Shown: piece by piece, positions 55,445 to 62,562 of the stretch
Layout of the letters: each line of letters begins with the position of its first letter
Numbering within the stretch: the stretch's first letter is position 1
From: a virus
Taxonomy: Duplodnaviria; Caudoviricetes
Virus record (IMG/VR): IMGVR_UViG_3300022173_000041
Span: 1 to 64,000 of that record
DNA: 64,000 bases
Strand: one strand, 5' to 3'
The notes under the pieces: generated by a model
Seen by the model: only the letters and a program-made list of their open reading frames with translations
Databases searched by the model: none
Told to the model about the DNA's origin: nothing
Program-made: the position numbers and the translations under genes

Positions 55445-55704
55445 CAGTGAGAGAGCCAAGCGAGAAGTGGGGGCGGGCAGTGACCCGGTACAGCGCCCTA
55501 CCTACAATTCTCCAGCACAAAATTGCAGATGCATACAAGCCATACCATGACGGCAATGATGATCATTTCTATGACAAGTGCGCCGACAATCTGGAAGCCG
55601 CAATCAATGCTCACTTTGGCGAGCTGATAGTATCTTTAACGCAAGAAGCCGACGCATACGATGAAGCTATGCGAGCTGACACCATCATGGAAGAACTAGG
55701 GTGA
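55441..55704 (+). CDS. Tagged paralog family member
   Basis: Ends DAYDEAMRADTIMEELG. Confidence 0.7.
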   Translation: MTVREPSEKWGRAVTRYSALPTILQHKIADAYKPYHDGNDDHFYDKCADNLEAAINAHFGELIVSLTQEADAYDEAMRADTIMEELG

Positions 55705-55708
55705 TACC

Positions 55709-55945
55709 GTGGCTAACGAGGGACTGAGTAGGTGGTATCTGGACGGATACCGCGCCCGCATGAAGAGAACCCCAAGAGAGAACAATCCAAGACATAGATA
55801 CCGTGGAAAACCTAACTCAGTGAAGGCTGTTCGTTGGGATCAGGGCTGGCAAGCCGCTGACGATCATCTCCAGCCAGTTATTAAGTGGGATCAAGAACAG
55901 GATATTATCGATGCCCTCCAAGAAGAAGCGACTTCCTATACTTGA
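55709..55945 (+). CDS. Rmf/CrpP-fold-like protein with degenerate tag
   Basis: WYLDGYRARM...NP...WDQGWQAA; EQDIIDAL. Confidence 0.55.
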   Translation: MANEGLSRWYLDGYRARMKRTPRENNPRHRYRGKPNSVKAVRWDQGWQAADDHLQPVIKWDQEQDIIDALQEEATSYT

Positions 55946-56264
55946 ACCAATTCCGGCGCCGGATGGAAAGACCAAAGCTTTCTTGAAGGGATGGGATGCC
56001 AGAATGGCTAACAAGCCACGTTCTGTCGCGCCTGAATCAACTATTTACAAAAGGGTCAGGGTGGGTGGAATGTTAACTTGGGAATTTAATAATGATACTA
56101 GGGTGAGGTCATCCCGCGTCAGGAAACAATGGATCACTGGATACACCTCTGCATCCCGCGAGATAGGCAAGCAGCACAGAGCAATCGCTCATGCCGCTGA
56201 AACCAAGCGCATGAATGAAGAGAACGATATCTTTGCCGAGCTTGGAGAGGAATTCGCTGCCTGA
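55911..56264 (+). CDS. Rmf/CrpP-fold-like protein with degenerate tag
   Basis: AFLKGWDARM...QWITGYTSA; ENDIFAEL. Confidence 0.5.
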   Translation: MPSKKKRLPILEPIPAPDGKTKAFLKGWDARMANKPRSVAPESTIYKRVRVGGMLTWEFNNDTRVRSSRVRKQWITGYTSASREIGKQHRAIAHAAETKRMNEENDIFAELGEEFAA

Positions 56265-56275
56265 TCCTTGAATAG

Positions 56276-56288
56276 ACACAAATTGTGT
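56276..56288. promoter_or_regulatory. Operator-like site
   Basis: ACACAAATTGTGT upstream of the gene at 56325. Confidence 0.5.
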
Positions 56289-56324
56289 TTACGTAACTTA
56301 ATACGCCAATCAAGAGGGAACACC

Positions 56325-56594
56325 ATGTCGAAAGAAGAAGAGAAGAAGATCATCACGCTCAAGCTGGATCAGGCTGAGCTGGCTGTTCGTATTGTCGAGG
56401 CCATGACGGATACCGCGCGACCGGAGGGACGTACCCCGGAAGAGTGTCTTGAAGACATCTCCGAGGAAGGAAGACAGTCTGCCCTGAATGCTGCCTTCGC
56501 GGCTGCCACTTACTTTGTGGAAGTCATGAAGGGGGAAATCCCCAACGTCACCAGCGAGAAGATCAAAAAGAGCGACGGTCGTTGGTCTAACTGA
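56325..56594 (+). CDS. Hypothetical protein
   Basis: RBS AAGAGGGAA. Confidence 0.65.
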   Translation: MSKEEEKKIITLKLDQAELAVRIVEAMTDTARPEGRTPEECLEDISEEGRQSALNAAFAAATYFVEVMKGEIPNVTSEKIKKSDGRWSN

Positions 56595-56866
56595 TGGGCT
56601 CCAAGGGATCATCTTCCGCTGTGTCCACTAGCAATGCTCAAAGCCTATTCCAGACAGTGGAAGGCTGGCGCGAATACTGCCGTCGTGTGGAGCTGCTACA
56701 CAACATGCCAACTGATGGCCAGAGGCAGGCCATCATCAATGAAATACACCAGCAGGAAAACGGCCATCTTTCTGGCCTTATTAACGCGCAAGAATACCAA
56801 GACATCATGAAAGCCAACGAGCTTTATGAAAAGCTCATTAACGAGGGAAACGAAAATGACGAGTAA
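56594..56866 (+). CDS. Tagged small protein
   Basis: QEYQDIMKANELYEKL near the C-terminus. Confidence 0.65.
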   Translation: MGSKGSSSAVSTSNAQSLFQTVEGWREYCRRVELLHNMPTDGQRQAIINEIHQQENGHLSGLINAQEYQDIMKANELYEKLINEGNENDE

Positions 56867-57164
56867 GGAAGAATTCGAAGCGATGGCGAAGCTTGGTGGC
56901 CTTTGTGATCCCAAGGTCCCGCAGAGCGCGCGGGACGCCACCTTCGCGATGATGAAGATCATCCAAGACAGCCAGAACCCGGCAGATGTCTCTTTGGCCG
57001 TCTGTATGGGTCTGTCTTATGCCTTGGCGGTATCCAAGGACGAAACCAAGACCATGGAGGTAATCGTAGCGACTGCCCTCCAGATGAAAGAGGAACTTCT
57101 GAAACTGAAGCCCACCATCGACAAGCTCTTCTCTGAGATGGTCAAGAAGGGAGAAGTCCAGTGA
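56856..57164 (+). CDS. Hypothetical helical protein
   Basis: RBS GAGGGAAA. Confidence 0.6.
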   Translation: MTSKEEFEAMAKLGGLCDPKVPQSARDATFAMMKIIQDSQNPADVSLAVCMGLSYALAVSKDETKTMEVIVATALQMKEELLKLKPTIDKLFSEMVKKGEVQ

Positions 57165-57637
57165 AAAGCGCAAAGCAAATGCTGGATCACATGGCTGGTT
57201 TCGCCAAGCACATCTTCGATAGCACTTCAGATCATGAAGTGATCCCGATGTGGGTGGTCGAAAGCGAAACCGAAGTGGTGCCGATACTGGCGCCATTCTC
57301 CGGTGATGACGAGAAGAACGCTTCAATTGCATTCGTCCGCGAGAAGGCCAAAAGCATGAATGCCAATGTCGTTGGCTTCATGTGCGAGGCTTGGGTGGTC
57401 GAGAAGATCGGCGCCGATATCGATGAGGCTGAGAAGATCATCCCAAGTGAACACGATGACCGACGTGAGATTATCCAAATCCACGCGGAAGATCGTGACG
57501 GCAACGTGGCGATTGGTTCCTATTACATTCTTCGCCCCGAGCATGGAACGCCAAAGCTTTCTCCCTTCAGGTTATACGATGATGACATGAAGATTGGTGG
57601 CCGCTTCACGTCAATTCTGGAAAAGGTAAAGCATTAA
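57161..57637 (+). CDS. Conserved hypothetical protein
   Basis: GFMCEAWVVE...IPSEHDDRREII..HAE. Confidence 0.7.
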   Translation: MKSAKQMLDHMAGFAKHIFDSTSDHEVIPMWVVESETEVVPILAPFSGDDEKNASIAFVREKAKSMNANVVGFMCEAWVVEKIGADIDEAEKIIPSEHDDRREIIQIHAEDRDGNVAIGSYYILRPEHGTPKLSPFRLYDDDMKIGGRFTSILEKVKH

Positions 57638-57638
57638 C

Positions 57639-57926
57639 ATGGCCGACAAAGTGGACGTGAAAGAAAGCGTTTTGCATATTCTGGAAGACCTGAAGGGAGG
57701 GCCGGGGGCTTCCGGTCTCATCAATGATGTCTCCAGTCTATTTGATAATCTTCCAATGGATTACGTTCAAGATACGTTGAGTGTGCTGCTCGCATTTGCC
57801 ATCGACAACGCGGAGGACAAGCAAGCCGCCTACGCGAGGGTCAAGGAAGTCATTGAGACACTGGCTCACTTTGGCGAGCCTTCTTTCAGGGAAACGTTGA
57901 GGAAAATCAAGGAAAGGCCGCACTAA
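57639..57926 (+). CDS. Hypothetical protein
   Basis: In-operon ORF. Confidence 0.6.
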   Translation: MADKVDVKESVLHILEDLKGGPGASGLINDVSSLFDNLPMDYVQDTLSVLLAFAIDNAEDKQAAYARVKEVIETLAHFGEPSFRETLRKIKERPH

Positions 57927-58207
57927 TGAAAGCTGGACCACAACAGGACCTGAAGGCGTTCTCCTGCCCTGTGTGCGAGAAGGTGCTGGACGCTTGCTCC
58001 GTTATCAACGAAGATGGCAGTAAGGCGTTGCCAGCCAAGGGTGACGTGTCGGTGTGCGCCTACTGCGGCAACCTGATGATCTTTGATGGCAAAAGCCTCG
58101 AACCGAGAGAGCTGACCCAGAAAGAACACGCCACCGTCATGGCCGATCCTTACTTTCACAAGAGCATGGAAGTGATCGATGTTTTCAAAAAAAGGTTTCG
58201 GCATTGA
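57926..58207 (+). CDS. Zinc-ribbon protein
   Basis: CPVC...DVSVCAYCG. Confidence 0.65.
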   Translation: MKAGPQQDLKAFSCPVCEKVLDACSVINEDGSKALPAKGDVSVCAYCGNLMIFDGKSLEPRELTQKEHATVMADPYFHKSMEVIDVFKKRFRH

Positions 58208-58223
58208 TTATAAAATTCAATCA

Positions 58224-58436
58224 ATGGAAGATAAGCAAAGAATTCAGCGCATCCTGATCGAAATCGAGCAAGATCGCGCAAGGAATAAAAAAGAAACCGC
58301 CGCCAAGATGGAGATTGAGCTTAAGCTTTCTCTTCTGGAAAAAGAGTATCGCGAGGCTCTAAAGGCTCAAGAGATCATGGACGGACTTGATGAAGAAGAA
58401 ACCACGCCGCCTAGCCCCTCCGAAACTCCCAAGTAA
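58224..58436 (+). CDS. Coiled-coil protein with tag
   Basis: KEYREALKAQEIMDGL. Confidence 0.65.
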   Translation: MEDKQRIQRILIEIEQDRARNKKETAAKMEIELKLSLLEKEYREALKAQEIMDGLDEEETTPPSPSETPK

Positions 58437-58638
58437 AGAATACCGAGCGATCTGGAGGGTGGTGGATGGCGCCATCAGAAATGCGCTTGACATGCATCCT
58501 GACTACCTTACGAAGAAAGGGTCGGACCGATCCGCCGCGCGTATGTCTATCGCGAAGCGTGTTGTCGGTGCGGTACTGGGCTTCCAAGCCGAAAGGCTTA
58601 AGAAGGGTCGCTCTGGGGGAGCCTCCAGCGACCAATAG
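58387..58638 (+). CDS. Conserved alphaproteobacterial-phage-type hypothetical protein
   Basis: IWRVVDGAIRNALDMHPDYLT...AKRVVG. Confidence 0.65.
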   Translation: MMKKKPRRLAPPKLPSKEYRAIWRVVDGAIRNALDMHPDYLTKKGSDRSAARMSIAKRVVGAVLGFQAERLKKGRSGGASSDQ

Positions 58639-58846
58639 GAGTGTTGGGTTAGTTACGGCCCCACCTCCAGTCGTCGTGGTCTATACACCCATGACGGGCA
58701 GTCGTGTTTTGCTATGGACGCATGACTGCCAAGCCATCGCTACGCTAAATGGCGATGACGATTGCCATCTGCGACGATGGCGATAAAGAGAGCGGAGGGG
58801 GCGTTGTAAGGCGCCCCCTCTACCTTGAGAGAAAGGATCAGAGGGA

Positions 58847-59296
58847 ATGCCCGAGAGTTACCTCCAGCAGCTTCAAAAAGAGCGCAAAGCCAGACTTAAA
58901 CGCTTCTCAGATGCCTCAGTCGAAAAGCCACCACCGCCCAAGCAGGTTGTTACAAATCCTACAATCGAAGAAGAGAACCCCACCGAAAGCATCGAACAGG
59001 TTCTGACCCGGCTAGAGGGGAACTTCAAAACTATCTTCAAGGAGGTTTGTAGATATTACAATATCTCCATGCTGGACGTGATGTCTTCGCGCCGCACACT
59101 AAAGATAGCCATGGCCCGCCATGTTGTTGCCTACATCGCCAGTCAACATACCAACCTGTCCCTGTCTCAAATCGCACTTAGATTGGGTCGGGACCGCAGC
59201 ACCGTAAGCCACGCGATATCGCGGGTGAAGGAGCTGATGCATACTGATAGGTTGCCAGCAGACATCGCCACCATCAAGCAAAGGCTTGGGATATGA
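58847..59296 (+). CDS. DnaA C-terminal (domain IV-like) HTH protein
   Basis: VCRYYNIS..DVMSSRR...ARHVVAYI...SLSQIA..LGRDRSTVSHAI. Confidence 0.8.
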   Translation: MPESYLQQLQKERKARLKRFSDASVEKPPPPKQVVTNPTIEEENPTESIEQVLTRLEGNFKTIFKEVCRYYNISMLDVMSSRRTLKIAMARHVVAYIASQHTNLSLSQIALRLGRDRSTVSHAISRVKELMHTDRLPADIATIKQRLGI

Positions 59297-59604
59297 GCGC
59301 CTTTCAAATCGTCGTATGGGGATTTTTTGCTCTAGGAATTCTTGGCGTATGCATTGCCTTTACTAAACTGGCGATAGACTATCGGCGCCATCTCAGGGAA
59401 GAGCAAGAACATGAACGCATTATGTCTGAGATGCGAGACCGTGTTTTCGAGCAGCATGAAGCCAAGAGAATAAAGAAAGAAGAGAGCGACCGGCTGATAG
59501 CCAAACGTCAGTTGGATAGAATGAACTACCGAGAATACACAGACGCCATAAAAGCAGAAGAGATTATGGCAGCTTTAGAGAGGGAACAAAATGTCAAAGG
59601 ATAA
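59293..59604 (+). CDS. Membrane-anchored coiled coil with tag
   Basis: N-terminal TM helix; REYTDAIKAEEIMAAL. Confidence 0.7.
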   Translation: MSAFQIVVWGFFALGILGVCIAFTKLAIDYRRHLREEQEHERIMSEMRDRVFEQHEAKRIKKEESDRLIAKRQLDRMNYREYTDAIKAEEIMAALEREQNVKG

Positions 59605-59953
59605 CTGGAAAGCCGGGATCGAAAACATCGAACAGATGGAGCGCGATGGTCTGGCCCAACTAACAGACGACGAGAGCGTTCTGGATCAATGCTCACATCA
59701 TGTTTGCCTGCGCGTTTCGCCAGAAGCTCTGGCTCGTATCCCAGATGCGTGGGTAGACCAGACAGCATTCGGAGAATGCTCAGAGTGCGGAGAGAAGATA
59801 TTCTTCCGCAACAACGCTCCAAAGAACGCGGTCAGAATATGTTATGACTGCGCTGGCGACTTATTGTCGGCAGATGAGAACCCGATACTGATATCACGCA
59901 AAAGCGCTGTTGATGAGATCAAAGGCTTTATCAAGAAGAAGGAGCAACACTAA
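59591..59953 (+). CDS. Zinc-ribbon protein
   Basis: CSECG...ICYDC. Confidence 0.65.
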   Translation: MSKDNWKAGIENIEQMERDGLAQLTDDESVLDQCSHHVCLRVSPEALARIPDAWVDQTAFGECSECGEKIFFRNNAPKNAVRICYDCAGDLLSADENPILISRKSAVDEIKGFIKKKEQH

Positions 59954-60480
59954 TGCAGACGTTCGATCTTTTGGGACAATTGTTCCTGTACTTCACTGCT
60001 GGCGTCTTCTGGGGATGGAAGACTTATGACTTCGCCACGGACTTTCTGGAGAAGCGCCGCGTCAAGAACAACATGACTGCTTTCATCAATAGGATGAGGA
60101 CTGACGCCGCGCCTACTCTTGATAGGCTGATCAAGGAAGCCAGAGAGCAAGTCAAAAAGCCGAAAGGTGAGCCTGTGGTCCAGACTTTCAAATGGCGCCA
60201 TGGAGGGAAGATCAACGAAGTCAAGATCGTGATCGACCCTGACCTTGATAGCTCCATCCCGGGCACCAGCGATGAGTTTGAGGAGCTGATAAAGAACGGG
60301 GACGCTGGTAAGCTGGAGGACCTTCTAAACAACATTGCCCAGCCTTCCGAGAAGAAGAAGATGGCAGAGGTTGATCAGTTTACCTTCTCGCCTCATTCTG
60401 TGGCCCAGATGAAGCTAGTTGGGATGTCCCCTGACGAGCTGGTGGTCAAGATGCTGAAAGCTGCCGGGAGAATGGATTGA
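59953..60480 (+). CDS. Membrane-anchored hypothetical protein
   Basis: N-terminal TM; ends MSPDELVVKMLKAAGRMD. Confidence 0.65.
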   Translation: MQTFDLLGQLFLYFTAGVFWGWKTYDFATDFLEKRRVKNNMTAFINRMRTDAAPTLDRLIKEAREQVKKPKGEPVVQTFKWRHGGKINEVKIVIDPDLDSSIPGTSDEFEELIKNGDAGKLEDLLNNIAQPSEKKKMAEVDQFTFSPHSVAQMKLVGMSPDELVVKMLKAAGRMD

Positions 60481-60656
60481 GAGACCCACAAGGACGCCCG
60501 ATTAGGCGACCAGAGCTGAAGCGATATAGCCGCGCCAAATTCGTGGAGAGCGGCTATATCATTCCTCGCCTGCAAGACAAGAAGGTAGATACCCATGCTG
60601 TTGGCTTCACGGCTGAACTTCTCGCCCAGTCATATGAAGAGGGCGAGGGGGATTAA
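60477..60656 (+). CDS. Possible 59-aa protein (not in ORF track)
   Basis: TTG start overlapping the upstream TGA; fills the gap. Confidence 0.35.
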   Translation: MRDPQGRPIRRPELKRYSRAKFVESGYIIPRLQDKKVDTHAVGFTAELLAQSYEEGEGD

Positions 60657-60768
60657 GGGGCTCTACAGGGCCAAGGCTCTGGAGCCCCTCACTTCCGGTA
60701 ATGGTATTGACCAAACACCCAGCCCGGGTACAGTAGCCTCCAGTAGTCCATATGGAGGCTTAGTGACC

Positions 60769-61113
60769 ATGAGCAACAACGCCTATACCGGGTACACCGC
60801 AACTCTTCAAAACCTTCAGGCTGTTTATCCCTACAATGGGTCCGTCGCCACCGCTGGGTATCAGCAGGCATATGTGACTGGAACTACCGCCGCTGGAACC
60901 GTAGGAGGGCCGTTCCCTGCCACATGGAGCGGCTGGGTTACGGCGCCTAATACCAACGCGGTACTGGGCCAAGCCGGAAGTTTCCCCGGGGCATACATTC
61001 TGCCAGCAGAGCCTATCTACACCATGAACCCGCCCTCCCGCGAGGACTTCACGGAAGACGAGATTAACCGGGCGCTGGAAATCATTGACGAGCTGGAAGT
61101 CCGGTATGCCTAA
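60769..61113 (+). CDS. Low-complexity (T/G/A/Y) protein with tag subtype 2
   Basis: RBS GGAGG; ends DFTEDEINRALEIIDELEVRYA. Confidence 0.65.
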   Translation: MSNNAYTGYTATLQNLQAVYPYNGSVATAGYQQAYVTGTTAAGTVGGPFPATWSGWVTAPNTNAVLGQAGSFPGAYILPAEPIYTMNPPSREDFTEDEINRALEIIDELEVRYA

Positions 61114-61516
61114 AGGCGTCCCCGGTCCTGTCTACACCAACGAGCATCAGGCGCTTCACCAGCGCCTGCGTTGGCTCCGACAGAACATGCAGCCCTACAT
61201 GACCCAAGAACAGCTCGCCACAGCCTCTGGGGTGAGCCTCTCATTCATTAAATCGTATGAGGTTGGCGGTGTCGCCCATATGAGTACCGACACCATCAGG
61301 AAGCTCGCCCACGGCCTTGGCTGCAAGATGACTATTCGCCTGATGCGAGTAAGTGATCGAGAGATAATCGACTGCCTGACGGAAGGTCCACCTTTGCCCG
61401 CCGTCCCAAAACGTCCGGATAAAATTTCGGTGGAAGCCCGAACGCGGGCCTTATCACGCGAACGTTCTCCTTGGTCAGAAGCTCGCCAGCAGCGATTGGC
61501 GCGACGACGTAAATAG
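61106..61516 (+). CDS. XRE-family HTH regulator
   Basis: LRWLRQ...MTQEQLATASGVSLSFIKSYEVG...TIRKLAHGLG. Confidence 0.8.
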   Translation: MPKGVPGPVYTNEHQALHQRLRWLRQNMQPYMTQEQLATASGVSLSFIKSYEVGGVAHMSTDTIRKLAHGLGCKMTIRLMRVSDREIIDCLTEGPPLPAVPKRPDKISVEARTRALSRERSPWSEARQQRLARRRK

Positions 61517-62384
61517 AACGCCGGAACTTCAAATTAGGCTCTTGGACTTTGGAGAAAGATGGTTGGGTAGCTTGCCAAGCTGCTTTGCAGGAAGCTGCTA
61601 GTTCAGCAAATTCCAAGGGCTCAAGGCTAAAAGCACTATCAGGACCCCCATCAGACCGACGTAGCGTAAGATGCTTTTCAATGATAGTGGCTCCAAACGC
61701 CACGGCAGCAACGCTAACCCCCACACCAAGAGTATGATCGCTAAGGCCGACCACATGCCTACCTCCCATCAGTTCGCTGAGTGGACCCAAGGCCGGTAAG
61801 TTGGACTGGTCTGCTGGCGCCGGATAGGCGCTGACGCAATGCAACAGAGCGATATCCTCGTTGCCTGCGCGCCCCCTAACAGTCCTTACCGCCGTGCAAA
61901 TCTCCGTCGTGTTTGCCATCCCGGTGGATATGATGACGGGACGCTTCGTTTCGGCAATTCGTGCGAGTAGAGGAACATCAGTAATTTCAAAGCTCGCCAC
62001 CTTGTAAGCGTTAGGAGAAAGATGCTCCAAGAGGCTGACCGAGCTTTCATCGAATACGGATGCGAATATTTCCAGCCCGCGAACAGTACGAGCATAATCA
62101 AATACTCGCTCCATCCACTCAAAAGGAGTATGCGCTTCCGCATAGAGATCATAAAGCGTTCGCCCAGCCCACGGTCCTTCCTTGATGAGAAAGTCATCGC
62201 TATCGCTCTTCATGGTCATGGTATCAGGCGTGTAGCACTGAAGTTTTACAGCGTCGGCGCCAGCGAACTTGGCTTCGTCAATCAGCCTGAAGACATTGTT
62301 GATGTCGCCAAGATGATTACCGCTCAGCTCCGCTATCAGGTACGGCGGCTGACTTATCGAGATTTCGCGGTTTCCAATCTTCAT
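61332..62384 (-). CDS. pseI: Pseudaminic acid synthase (NeuB family)
   Basis: IAELSGNH.G; KLQCYTPDTMT; LLHCVSAYPAP; GLSDHT; IEKH; GGPDSAFSLEP; SAF domain RRSIYVV...IRP.FGLPPK. Confidence 0.9.
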   Translation of the reverse strand: MKIGNREISISQPPYLIAELSGNHLGDINNVFRLIDEAKFAGADAVKLQCYTPDTMTMKSDSDDFLIKEGPWAGRTLYDLYAEAHTPFEWMERVFDYARTVRGLEIFASVFDESSVSLLEHLSPNAYKVASFEITDVPLLARIAETKRPVIISTGMANTTEICTAVRTVRGRAGNEDIALLHCVSAYPAPADQSNLPALGPLSELMGGRHVVGLSDHTLGVGVSVAAVAFGATIIEKHLTLRRSDGGPDSAFSLEPLEFAELAASCKAAWQATQPSFSKVQEPNLKFRRSIYVVAPIAAGELLTKENVRVIRPAFGLPPKFYPDVLGRRAKVDLPSGSRLSLDHLLASGE

Positions 62385-62562
62385 CTGCCATAGCCCTCAT
62401 CAGTCTGGACACTTCAAGGTCCATTATTAAAATCTTGCCCAGCGCCTCTTTGGTGGCCTTGGGATTAGCCTTCATGGCTATCTTCAGGATATCCATCCAG
62501 TTCTGGTTATTGTGAGCGCGAACGCGACCTATCTGGTCAAGAATTTGATCGTCTGTTGTCAT
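62317..62562 (-). CDS. Small helical protein of the type found in nonulosonate clusters
   Basis: DQILDQIGRVRAHNNQNWMDILKIAMK; ATGA overlap with the aminotransferase stop. Confidence 0.55.
   Translation of the reverse strand: MTTDDQILDQIGRVRAHNNQNWMDILKIAMKANPKATKEALGKILIMDLEVSRLMRAMADEDWKPRNLDKSAAVPDSGAER

Noticed and set aside
60595-60768. Longer start for ORF 60595-61113
   Set aside because: The GGAGG RBS precedes the ATG at 60769, and another short ORF occupies 60477-60656.
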